Source: an uncultured Treponema sp. (lineage in GTDB: Bacteria; Spirochaetota; Spirochaetia; Treponematales; Treponemataceae). From it: a DNA stretch of 64,000 nt. The notes under the pieces were generated by a model, which saw only the letters and a program-made list of their open reading frames with translations, was not told the origin of the DNA and made no database searches. The DNA lies in NCBI GenBank assembly GCA_937893155.1, contig CALBGU010000081.1, positions 9,633 through 73,632 on the forward strand, in the 5' to 3' direction. Numbering within the stretch: the stretch's first letter is position 1; the number at the start of each line of letters is the position of its first letter. Positions 36,024-45,178 of this stretch are shown here, one piece after another. Position numbers and translations under genes: made by a program.

Positions 36024-36836
36024 ATGTTGTTGATTTTTTTAGGCGCAATTTTCATTTTATACGACATCGTTTTGCTTTCCATACACCCGGGGACGCTCTT
36101 GAGCACGCTTTTTTCGTTCACCCACATTTGGACAGCATTCGGCGCGCTCCTCATCTTTACGGCGGTCAACCGCAAAAAACGCGGTCGCTTTTTTTGGTGC
36201 GCGTGGAAAAAGCAATCCAAAGCGGCTGCACTCGCACTGCTCATTTTTTGCGCCGCACTTTCGGCAGTCAATTTGGGATTTATCCTCACGCCGCGGCTGG
36301 CAAGCGCAGAAAGCGAAGCGGATTATGTGATTTTGCTCGGCGGCGGCATCGACAAAAACGGAGAACTTTCCGAAACGGTGCTCAAGCGTGTAAACAAAGC
36401 CGCGGCATATCTTTTGCACCACAAAAACGCGCTCTGCGTTGCAACAGGCGGAAAAGCGATGTGGTCAAACTACGCCGAAGCCCCCGAACTCAAGCGGCAA
36501 CTGATTCTTTTGGGCGTGGCAGAACAGCAAATCGTGATAGAAGACAGAGCGCTCGACACAATCCAAAATTTGCAATACAGCGCGGCGGTGCTTTCCGATT
36601 GCACGGGAAAAAGCCAAAAAGAGATTCTAGACAGCCGCGTTATCATCGTGTCGAACTTTTTTCACCTGCGCCGAGCCGAACGATTAGCGTCGCGGATTGG
36701 ATTTACCAACGTCAGCGGGCTTGGCACCGAAGTCGAGCCGTACACCGTGCCGCATAATTACCTGCGCGAAATCTCGGCATACATCAAACTCAATCTGCGG
36801 ATTCTGCTCACGGGCAAACCGCAGAAATTGGCATAA
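36024..36836 (+). CDS. YdcF/SanA-like (DUF218) membrane protein
   Basis: N-terminal TMs; ILLGGG, TGG, EA, EDRALDTIQN, SNFFHLRRA and LRE motifs. Confidence 0.92.
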   Translation: MLLIFLGAIFILYDIVLLSIHPGTLLSTLFSFTHIWTAFGALLIFTAVNRKKRGRFFWCAWKKQSKAAALALLIFCAALSAVNLGFILTPRLASAESEADYVILLGGGIDKNGELSETVLKRVNKAAAYLLHHKNALCVATGGKAMWSNYAEAPELKRQLILLGVAEQQIVIEDRALDTIQNLQYSAAVLSDCTGKSQKEILDSRVIIVSNFFHLRRAERLASRIGFTNVSGLGTEVEPYTVPHNYLREISAYIKLNLRILLTGKPQKLA

Positions 36837-36934
36837 AAAAGCACTGTCATTGCAAAAGATATACTGATTGTGAAGTTTATCATTGACGAACTTGTTTCGG
36901 AATTTCTCGCGAGGGCAAAAAGGAGAGCGTGCTT

Positions 36935-37100
36935 TTTCAGGTAAACGCTTCTCTTAAATTAGGATTGAAATACTTGTTTAGGCAAAGCCTTCTCTTAAAA
37001 TAGGATTGACGTACCTGTTTAGGAAAAGGCTTCTCTTAAAATAAGATTGACGTACCTAAACAGGTAAAGTCTTCCTTGAAATTAGGCTGAAAATACCTAA
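36935..37100. repeat. 41-bp tandem repeat, about 4 copies, core related to the 18.4-kb array
   Basis: TTCTCTTAAA at 36949, 36990, 37031 and (variant) 37072; core TACCTGTTTAGGCAAAG / TACCTAAACAGGTAAAG. Confidence 0.9.
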
Positions 37101-37171
37101 AATGATATGTTCCGAACTGAACTCTGTTCCTGTCATTATCGAACGAACTTCACAGACGTTCGCCTAAGCGA

Positions 37172-37214
37172 AAACAAAAAGCACCGAATAAAAACAGATT
37201 CGGTGCTTTTGTTT
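37172..37214. terminator. Intrinsic terminator downstream of lon
   Basis: AAAAGCACCGAAT ... ATTCGGTGCTTTT. Confidence 0.88.
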
Positions 37215-37221
37215 ATTGCGA

Positions 37222-39768
37222 TTAGAAAATTTCTTCCGCTTTTTTTTCAGGCTTTTTGGGCTGGAACACCAACTTCATCACCTCAAGCGCATTCGTTACA
37301 GGAATGAACTCAATGCCGTGCTTAACGTGCTCAGGGATTTCGTCGAGGTCGCGCACATTGGCTTTTGGAATGATAATCGTTTTGATTCCGTTGCGCTTTG
37401 CCGCCACCGTTTTTTCCCGAAGCCCGCCAATGGGAAGCACCATACCCGTCAGACTCAATTCGCCCGTCATCGCCAAATGCGGCTTGATAATCCGCCCCGA
37501 AAGCAACGACAGCAGCGTCGTCGCCATTGTGATACCCGCGCTCGGTCCGTCTTTGGGCGTTGCGCCCTCAGGGATATGCAGATGAATTGTGTTTGCGTCA
37601 AACCAGTCCGCCGATTTGATGTCGTGCTCAATAACAAACTGACGCACCCAGTTTAGCGCAATGTTCGCGCTTTCCTTCATCACGTCGCCCATCTGTCCCG
37701 TGAGCTGCAAACCGCATTTTCCCGGGAACGTAATGCTTTCGATAAGCAGCGTATCGCCGCCCATACTCGTCCACGCAAGCCCGATTGCCGTGCCGGGAAC
37801 AGACGCTTTTTTGATTTGGCTTTCGTCAAAAACAGGATTGCCCAAATATTTTTGCAAATCTTTGTCGTCCACGGTGAACGATTTTTTCGCCAAAAGCGCA
37901 TTTTTTTTGCCGTCCGCACTTTCCGCCGCCTCGTTTTCCATTTTGTCGATTTCCTCGCGGATTATCTTGCGGTGGATTTTATCAAGACACTTTTCAAAAT
38001 GGCGCATACCCGCTTCCCGCGCATATTCCTCGGCGATTTTCTTGAGCGCGCCCGTGGTATATTTCACCTGCGATTTTGAAAGCCCGTTCTTCTTGAGATT
38101 TTTGGGAATCAAATATTTTTTCGCAATCTCAATTTTTTCTTGGTCGATGTATCCCGAAAGCTGAATGATTTCGGCACGGTCGCGAAGCGGCTCGGGAATC
38201 GTGTCCAGCGTGTTCGCGGTGAGAATAAAAAACACGTCGCTGATGTCAAACGGCAAATCGAGATAATTATCGCGAAACGTAACATTCTGCTCGGGGTCAA
38301 GCACCTCCAAAAGCGCGCTCGCGGGGTCTCCGTGCGCACCGCCGTAGCCCATTTTGTCGATTTCGTCAATCATAAACACAGGCGATTTTGATTTCGTGAT
38401 TTTCAACCCCGAAATAATGCGACCGGGCATTGAGCCGATATACGTTCTGCGGTGTCCTTTGATTTCGCTTTCGTCGTGCATTCCTCCCACGCTGAAGCGG
38501 TAAAACGGCTTTTTCATCGCGTCTGCAATGCTTCGCCCAATGCTCGTTTTTCCCACGCCCGGCGGTCCCACCAAAATCAAAATAGAACCTTTGTTGTCCT
38601 TTTTGAGCTTTCGGACAGCAAGATATTCCATAATGCGCTTTTTCACATCTTCCAAGCCATAATGGTCGCGCTCAAGCACGGCAGATGCGCCCTTGAGGTC
38701 GTATTCTTCTTTTTGCTCGTCCTTCCACGGCAAATTTACCACAAGCTCAAGATAATTTCGGCTGCTGATATACTCCGGCGAATTTTGCTCCATCAAATTG
38801 AATTTCTCAAGTTCCGAATAAACCGTTTCTTTGATTTCGCCCTCAAACTGAAACGAATCGATTTTTTCCTTGAATTTTTCGTAATCGCTCGTCTTGGAAT
38901 TTTTCGTAATTCCCAGTTCTTCCTGAATGCTCTTGAGTTCCTCGCGCAAAAAATAATCGCGCTGATTTTTTTCCACACGCTCGGTGAGTTCGCTTTGGAT
39001 TTTCCGCTGAATTCGGAGCACTTCCTGCTCTTTTTTGATGTACAGCAAAACCTGCTCCATTCGCTTATGCACATCGAGCAATTCAAGAACGTGCTGCTGC
39101 TCATCGCGGTCAATATTCAAAATCGACGCAATAAAATCTGCGATTCGTCCGGGGTGCTCAAGGTTCAAAATGTTCATTCGCATTTCTTCGGTAAAAAGCG
39201 GATTATTTTCGCTAATCACCTTCATCTCGCTGATAAGCGCACGCCCGAGCGCTTTCACCTCCATCGTATCGTCGTTTTCGTCCTCGAGATATTCCACCGC
39301 CACAGCAATCGGGTCAGACGGATTGAGTGCTTTTCGGATTCGGAAACGCTTCACCGTCGAGATAAACGCATTTATGCTCCCGTCTGGCATTTTTATTTTT
39401 CTTACGATGTGCGCCGCCGTTCCAATATCGTGCAAATCAGCCACCGTCGGGCTTTCCGTATCGTTTTTCAGCAGCACAATACCGATATTTCCATCGGATT
39501 TAAAAGCCTCTTCAATCGCCTTTATATCATTCTGCCCGCTCACCATCAGCGGCGTAAAAATACCGGGAAACACAGGCCGCCCATACACAGGAATAATCGA
39601 CAGCTTGTTCGGCAGCACAATTTCAGACGGCGGCAGACTTTTGTCTTTTTTGTCGTCGGTTTCACTTTCATCATCTAAAATGATTGCTTCCGTTTTTTCC
39701 TGCTCGCTCGGTTGCGCCGCAGATTCCTTTGTATCTTCAATATCGTTTGTTTCGTCTGTTGTATCCAT
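37222..39768 (-). CDS. lon: ATP-dependent Lon protease
   Basis: GPPGVGKTS, DEIDK, LLEVLDPEQN, PKDGPSAG (catalytic Ser) and GLREK motifs. Confidence 0.98.
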   Translation of the reverse strand: MDTTDETNDIEDTKESAAQPSEQEKTEAIILDDESETDDKKDKSLPPSEIVLPNKLSIIPVYGRPVFPGIFTPLMVSGQNDIKAIEEAFKSDGNIGIVLLKNDTESPTVADLHDIGTAAHIVRKIKMPDGSINAFISTVKRFRIRKALNPSDPIAVAVEYLEDENDDTMEVKALGRALISEMKVISENNPLFTEEMRMNILNLEHPGRIADFIASILNIDRDEQQHVLELLDVHKRMEQVLLYIKKEQEVLRIQRKIQSELTERVEKNQRDYFLREELKSIQEELGITKNSKTSDYEKFKEKIDSFQFEGEIKETVYSELEKFNLMEQNSPEYISSRNYLELVVNLPWKDEQKEEYDLKGASAVLERDHYGLEDVKKRIMEYLAVRKLKKDNKGSILILVGPPGVGKTSIGRSIADAMKKPFYRFSVGGMHDESEIKGHRRTYIGSMPGRIISGLKITKSKSPVFMIDEIDKMGYGGAHGDPASALLEVLDPEQNVTFRDNYLDLPFDISDVFFILTANTLDTIPEPLRDRAEIIQLSGYIDQEKIEIAKKYLIPKNLKKNGLSKSQVKYTTGALKKIAEEYAREAGMRHFEKCLDKIHRKIIREEIDKMENEAAESADGKKNALLAKKSFTVDDKDLQKYLGNPVFDESQIKKASVPGTAIGLAWTSMGGDTLLIESITFPGKCGLQLTGQMGDVMKESANIALNWVRQFVIEHDIKSADWFDANTIHLHIPEGATPKDGPSAGITMATTLLSLLSGRIIKPHLAMTGELSLTGMVLPIGGLREKTVAAKRNGIKTIIIPKANVRDLDEIPEHVKHGIEFIPVTNALEVMKLVFQPKKPEKKAEEIF

Positions 39769-39774
39769 AGTTCT

Positions 39775-39803
39775 AATATACACAGAAAAACACCCAAAAT
39801 CAA
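39775..39803 (-). promoter_or_regulatory. lon promoter, probably leaderless
   Basis: TTGATT-17-TATATT ending 6 nt before ATG 39768. Confidence 0.6.
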
Positions 39804-39879
39804 ATTTTTCTGCTCGCCCTCTTCCCTCATCTCAAAAGTGAGGGATGCTGCAATCATACTTTCTGCAACACTGCAAAAT

Positions 39880-39911
39880 AAAACCGCCCTCGCAAAAGAA
39901 GACGGTTTTTT
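39880..39911 (-). terminator. Terminator of the thrA-aroF/pheA-ilvN operon
   Basis: AAAACCGTCTTC/GAGGGCGGTTTT stem on the minus strand. Confidence 0.75.
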
Positions 39912-39927
39912 GAAAAAAGGCTATGTC

Positions 39928-40422
39928 TTATTGCATAATTTCGCTGCCGCGCCCCATTGCAGTCAGACCTGTGCGCGCAAGTTCCTTGATGCCGAACGGC
40001 GTGAGCAACTTGATGAGGCTTTCAATTTTGTCCTCGCTGCCCGTCGCCTCCACAATAACGCTGTCCACGTCAACATCAACGATGTGCGCACGGAAAATAT
40101 TGCACGTTTCAATGATAACCGCACGTTCCGCACCGCTCGCCGCGACCTTTATCAAAATCATCTCGCGCTCACACGTCCTGCTCTTTTCGCAATGATGAAT
40201 CGAAATCACCTCGATGAGCTTAGAAAGCTGCTTTTCGATTTGCTCCAAAATGTACTCGTCGCCACGCACCACAATCGTCATTCTTGACTGCCCGGGGTTC
40301 GACGTTTCGCACACCGTAAGGCTGTCGATGTTGTAGCCGCGGCGACTGAAAAGACCTGACACACGGCTCAAAACGCCCGCGTGGTTTTCAACCAAAACAG
40401 ACAAAACATATCTTTGTTCCAT
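39928..40422 (-). CDS. ilvN: Acetolactate synthase small (regulatory) subunit
   Basis: LVENHAGVLSRVSGLFSRRGYNIDSL, QIEKQLSKL and ELARTG motifs. Confidence 0.97.
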   Translation of the reverse strand: MEQRYVLSVLVENHAGVLSRVSGLFSRRGYNIDSLTVCETSNPGQSRMTIVVRGDEYILEQIEKQLSKLIEVISIHHCEKSRTCEREMILIKVAASGAERAVIIETCNIFRAHIVDVDVDSVIVEATGSEDKIESLIKLLTPFGIKELARTGLTAMGRGSEIMQ

Positions 40423-40424
40423 AC

Positions 40425-42368
40425 TTATCTCCTCCCTTCAGAGTAAATGCCCAACAGACGCACGTCCTCCGCCTTTTCGCGAAGAGCGTCCATAATTTCT
40501 TTTATATACGCCGAAACGTCAGCACAATCCGCTTTGAGTTCTGCATCGGCATAAAACCAGTATTTCCACGGCTTGCCCGCGATTGGTCGCGATTCAAGAC
40601 GCGTTAAGTTCAAGCCTTTGCTCTGGAAAATGCCCAAGCAATTATACAGCGCGCCCGGCTCGTTATTGACCGAGAACACAAACGACGCCGTATTCGGCTT
40701 TTCGGCAATAAGCGGCTTTTTGGCAACATTATTCGACGCAATGATAACAAATCGCGTGTAATTCGCGGCGTTGTCCTCGATGTCTTCTTTTAAGATGTCC
40801 AGATTGTAAAGCCCTGCCGTAACCACAGAAGCAATCGCCGCATTTTCCTTCTTGCCCATTTCGCCGACCATTTTCGCCGCCGTCGCGGTTGAAATCGCTT
40901 CGATGTGTTTCCAGTCCCTGTGTTCGCTCAAGAACTTGTGACTTTGCGCCAAGCCCTGCGGGTGCGAATACACCTGCTTCACGTCGCTCAACGCCGCGCC
41001 CTTCACGCCCAAAAGCGCATGCTGAATCCGCAGCGTCAACGCGCCCACAATGCCGATGTCGCCGAATTGCACGAGATTGTCATAATTCTCGTAGACGCTT
41101 CCTGCAAGGCAATTTTCAATCGGCACCATACCGAAATCCGCCTTGCCGTCCACAACGCTTTGGAAAATCTCGCGGAACGAATCGACAGCCACCGCCTCGC
41201 ACTCGCCGTCAAAATACTGCGCAATCGCCTGCTCCGCATACGCCCCGCGCTTTCCGCAGAACGCACAACGCACGCTTTTTTCACTCGCGCTTTCGGTTGC
41301 GTCAGATGAAGAGTACACCGCCGCTTGAGCCGAGCGAATATGCGCAACCTGCTTTCCCACGACGGGCGCAAGAGCCTGAATGTCCTGCATCAACTTGTCG
41401 AACTGCGCAGGATAAAGCGACTGCGCGCCGTCAGACAACGCCTTGTCGGGATTGCAATGCACCTCCACGATAATGCCGTCCGCGCCGCCCGCAACCGCCG
41501 CCAGAGCCATCGGAGCAACCTTGTCGCGAATACCGACCGCGTGGCTCGGGTCAACAATGACAGGCAAATGCGTCAAACCGCGCAAAATCGGAATCGCCGA
41601 CAAATCCAGAGTGTTCCGCGTCGCGCGCTCATAGGTGCGGATTCCCCGCTCGCACAAAATCACCTTGTCTGTGCCGCTCGACAACAGATATTCCGCCGCC
41701 ATCAGCCATTCTTCAATCGTGGACGACAGCCCGCGCTTTAAGATGACAGGCTTACCCAGCGCGCCGAGTTTTTTGAGCAACTCGAAGTTCTGCATATTGC
41801 GCGCACCGACTTGGTACACATCAACATAATCTCTCATCACAGGGATAAACTCCGTCGCCACGATTTCCGTAACCACTGGAAGCCCGTATTTTTCGCCCGC
41901 TTCTTTGAGATACTGCAAGCCCTCTTCGCCCAAGCCCTGAAAGCTGTACGGCGAACTTCTCGGCTTATACGCACCGCCACGGAGCATTACCGCGCCCGCC
42001 GCACTCACCGCAGCCGCCGCGTCCATCATCTGCTCGCGGCTTTCCACGGCGCACGGTCCTGCGATTGCAATCACGCGATTGCCGCCAATTCGGATAATCT
42101 GACCGCGGTTGTTCGGCACTTCCACAATCGTGTCTTCGCTCTTGAACTCGCGGCTCGCCATTTTGTACGGCTTTGAAATCGGGATAACGCGCGATACGCC
42201 CGCCATAAGCTCAAGACGGCGCGGGTCAATGCCCAGCTTTCCCACCGCGGCAATAATCGTCGATTCCTCGCCTGCAACCTCGTTCGTCTTGAAGTTGTTG
42301 TCAGCCAAGAATTGCTTGATGCGCGCTTTTTGCTCCGCCTTGATGTCGTTTTTAAGAACGATAACCAT
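40425..42368 (-). CDS. aroF-pheA: Bifunctional DAHP synthase (type I-beta, N-terminal ACT-like domain) / prephenate dehydratase-ACT
   Basis: AGPCAVES, GAYKPRSSPYSFQG, GARNMQNF, CERGIRT and DPSH; then GAYAE, PIEN, SHPQGLAQ, NYTRF and LESRP. Confidence 0.95.
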   Translation of the reverse strand: MVIVLKNDIKAEQKARIKQFLADNNFKTNEVAGEESTIIAAVGKLGIDPRRLELMAGVSRVIPISKPYKMASREFKSEDTIVEVPNNRGQIIRIGGNRVIAIAGPCAVESREQMMDAAAAVSAAGAVMLRGGAYKPRSSPYSFQGLGEEGLQYLKEAGEKYGLPVVTEIVATEFIPVMRDYVDVYQVGARNMQNFELLKKLGALGKPVILKRGLSSTIEEWLMAAEYLLSSGTDKVILCERGIRTYERATRNTLDLSAIPILRGLTHLPVIVDPSHAVGIRDKVAPMALAAVAGGADGIIVEVHCNPDKALSDGAQSLYPAQFDKLMQDIQALAPVVGKQVAHIRSAQAAVYSSSDATESASEKSVRCAFCGKRGAYAEQAIAQYFDGECEAVAVDSFREIFQSVVDGKADFGMVPIENCLAGSVYENYDNLVQFGDIGIVGALTLRIQHALLGVKGAALSDVKQVYSHPQGLAQSHKFLSEHRDWKHIEAISTATAAKMVGEMGKKENAAIASVVTAGLYNLDILKEDIEDNAANYTRFVIIASNNVAKKPLIAEKPNTASFVFSVNNEPGALYNCLGIFQSKGLNLTRLESRPIAGKPWKYWFYADAELKADCADVSAYIKEIMDALREKAEDVRLLGIYSEGRR

Positions 42369-44866
42369 CAGCTATTCTCCACGTTCCAGCTCACAATGCG
42401 AAGCACATCGCCGAACACACCAGCCGCCGTAACGCCCGCGCCTGCACCGTAGCCGCGCACCGTGAGCGGAATCGGCGTGTAGCGCATCGTCTTGAACACA
42501 AACGCATTCTCGCCGCCGCGAACGCCATACAGCGGGTCGTCCGCGCCCACTTCCAGCATACCGACAGACACAGAGCCGTTCTCGATTGACGCGCCCATTC
42601 TCAGCACTTTGCCTTCTTTCTTGAGGGAGGCAATTTTCTCGGCAAAATAGCCGTCGATTTCTGGCAAACGCGCCAAGAACTCCTCGGTCGTGCCCTTGTC
42701 GTTGAAACTCTCGGGGAAAATCCTGTTCATCTTGATGTCGGAAAGCTCAAGGCTCATTCCCGCCTCGCGTGCGATAATCAACGCCTTTCGCGCCACGTCA
42801 AGCCCGTTGAGGTCGTCGCGCGGGTCTGGCTCGGTGAATCGCTTTTCTTTCGCCTCCAGCACCGCCTGAGAGAACGTTGCGCCCTCGTCGAGTCTGCCGA
42901 AGATGTACGACAGCGAACCCGACATAATGCCGTTGAAGCCCACGAGTTTATCGCCCGATTTGAACAGATTCTGCAGCGTGTCGATAATCGGCAAGCCCGC
43001 GCCCACGTTTGTTTCGTAGAGGAAGCGGCGATTGACGCTGTTGGCAGTTTTTCGGAGCTTTTTGTAGAAATCCATACTCATCGAGTTTGCGCGTTTGTTC
43101 GGCGTTGCGATGTGCATTCCCGCGTTCAAAATATCGAGATACCGCTCTGGCAGGTCGTAGCTCGCCGTGCAGTCCACGAAAATCGGGTTGAGCGGCTTTG
43201 TTTCTTTGACGAACTTCAAAATCTCGTCGAGGTCGCTCTTGAGCGGAGATTTTTCGATGTCCGAGCGCCAGTTCGTCAAATCCAAGCCGTTCGCGTCGAG
43301 AAGCATACCGTTGATGTTCGCGAGCGCCATAACCTGAATGTTGATTTTCTGCTCGGCAAGCATTTTCTGCTGGTCGCGGATTTGGTCGATGAGCGCGCCG
43401 CCGATTGTGCCCACACCGAACGCGAAAACCTGAATCGTCTGCGCCGTGTTGAAGAAGAAGCTGTGAGCAATGCGCACCGCCGTGTCGCCATCGTCCTTGT
43501 TGATGACCGCCGAAATACTGCGCTCGCTCGCTCCCTGCGCAATCGCCAGAATGTTGATGTCGCGGCTTGCCAATGCGTCGAAGAACGTGCTCGCCACGCC
43601 GCGACGCTGCTTCATTCGGTCGCCTACGATGCTGACAATCGCGCAATCCTTGTGCACGTCAATCGGGTTGATGATTTTTTCGCGGATTTCGAGGTCAAAC
43701 TCAGCCGTCAGCGTTTCTTTAATGAGGTCTGCCGAATCTTCTTTTACACAGAACGAAATCGTGTACTCACTCGACGACTGCGTGATTAAAAGCATTGAAC
43801 AGCCCGCACGCGACACCGCAGAGAAAATGCGGCTTGCCGTGCCCGTCTTGCCTTTCATTCCGTTGCCCGACACGCTAATCATCGCGGTCTTTTTGAGGCA
43901 GCTGATACCCGTAACGCAATCTGCGCCGTCTTGGTTGGTGAACGGACCTTTGCCGATTCTCGTACCGCGCGCGCTCGGGTTCATCGAATTCAAACTCCAC
44001 GCCTCGATTCCCTTGGCGGCAAGCGGCGCGAGCGTTTTGGGGTGAAGCACTTTTGAGCCGAAGAACGAAAGCTCAATCGTCTCTTCATACGACATATCTT
44101 TTACAAGGATTGCGTCCTTGACAATGCGCGGGTCGGCGGTGTAAATGCCGTCCACGTCCGTCCAGAACTCCACTTTCTTTGCGCCGAGGCACGAGCCGAT
44201 AATCGACGCGGAAAAATCGCTGCCGTTTCGTCCCATCAAGCCCATAGCCGTCTTGCCCGACATCTTGTCTGTCCACGAGCAGATAAAGCCCGGGAAGAGC
44301 AAAATGCGCGCCTGTTCGCGAGTTTCGCCGTCGCGGTAGGGAGCGAGTGCGTCTGCGGTTTTCTTGTAATCGGGGTCGCCCTCTTTTTGATTGCCCGTCG
44401 TAAAAAGAAACTTGCGCGAATCAAGGAGCATCACGCTCATTCCTCGCGCAAGCAGTACCGCCGCGACAATCGGGGAGCTCATCAATTCGCCCAAGCCCAT
44501 AACGCGACAATGGATAGAATCAGGACATTCGCCGAACGTCGAAACGGCTTCAAGCAGTTTTTTGTATTCGCCAAGTTTTTGCTCAAGAGCGTCCATCGTG
44601 CCTTTTGCGTCAAAAGACGGAAGCACCGCTTTGAGCTCGCTGATGATTTCGCCGTGTATCCTTCTGATGTCTGAAACAAACGGCTCGGCGCTTGAGCCTA
44701 AAAGACACTTGTCAATGCTGTCCTGCAATTTGTTTGACACGCCCGCCACTGCGGACACGATAACGCTGATACGCTCCGTTTTTGCGCGCCCAACCATAAT
44801 ATCCACAGAATCAATTATTCGGCGCGCCGAACCCATAGACGTGCCGCCGAACTTCAATGTAAGCAT
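42368..44866 (-). CDS. thrA: Bifunctional aspartokinase / homoserine dehydrogenase I
   Basis: KFGGTS, GRNGSD, TDVDGIYTADPR, two ACT domains, GVGTIG, YETNVGAGLP, TEPDPRDDL and GYGAGAGVTA. Confidence 0.97.
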   Translation of the reverse strand: MLTLKFGGTSMGSARRIIDSVDIMVGRAKTERISVIVSAVAGVSNKLQDSIDKCLLGSSAEPFVSDIRRIHGEIISELKAVLPSFDAKGTMDALEQKLGEYKKLLEAVSTFGECPDSIHCRVMGLGELMSSPIVAAVLLARGMSVMLLDSRKFLFTTGNQKEGDPDYKKTADALAPYRDGETREQARILLFPGFICSWTDKMSGKTAMGLMGRNGSDFSASIIGSCLGAKKVEFWTDVDGIYTADPRIVKDAILVKDMSYEETIELSFFGSKVLHPKTLAPLAAKGIEAWSLNSMNPSARGTRIGKGPFTNQDGADCVTGISCLKKTAMISVSGNGMKGKTGTASRIFSAVSRAGCSMLLITQSSSEYTISFCVKEDSADLIKETLTAEFDLEIREKIINPIDVHKDCAIVSIVGDRMKQRRGVASTFFDALASRDINILAIAQGASERSISAVINKDDGDTAVRIAHSFFFNTAQTIQVFAFGVGTIGGALIDQIRDQQKMLAEQKINIQVMALANINGMLLDANGLDLTNWRSDIEKSPLKSDLDEILKFVKETKPLNPIFVDCTASYDLPERYLDILNAGMHIATPNKRANSMSMDFYKKLRKTANSVNRRFLYETNVGAGLPIIDTLQNLFKSGDKLVGFNGIMSGSLSYIFGRLDEGATFSQAVLEAKEKRFTEPDPRDDLNGLDVARKALIIAREAGMSLELSDIKMNRIFPESFNDKGTTEEFLARLPEIDGYFAEKIASLKKEGKVLRMGASIENGSVSVGMLEVGADDPLYGVRGGENAFVFKTMRYTPIPLTVRGYGAGAGVTAAGVFGDVLRIVSWNVENS

Positions 44867-44966
44867 AGTTTCCCCCGAAGATAACCGCGTTTTCTGTAGC
44901 GGTGCTGTTCTTGCTGTAATACTATCAAATTTCTTTTCTCTAAACAAGGGGCGATATTAACAAAAA

Positions 44967-44994
44967 GATTCCCGCCTCAAGCACGGGAATGACA
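44967..44994. repeat. REP-like element, copy of 10065-10092
   Basis: GATTCCCGCCTCAAGCACGGGAATGACA; 25/28 identical to 10065-10092. Confidence 0.8.
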
Positions 44995-45178
44995 AAACGT
45001 ATGTATATGAAAAATATAAAACCTTGCATAAGTTTTATATAAATGCTATAAATAACAAAAATATACATAGAGATATTTTTTTATATTTAATCTTTTGGTT
45101 ACTTTTACTTTTTAAAAGTAACCAAAATGGACAAACTAATTTTTTAGCATATTTAATTCATTATTACTAAGAGTGAAT

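Noticed and set aside
929..37100. Tandem arrays as CRISPR arrays
   Set aside because: Units are contiguous degenerate repeats with no unique spacers, and there are no cas genes in the window.
44867..45000. Thr/Ile leader-peptide attenuator or riboswitch upstream of thrA
   Set aside because: No Thr/Ile-rich short ORF, T-box or terminator/antiterminator pair was found; only the REP-like hairpin.
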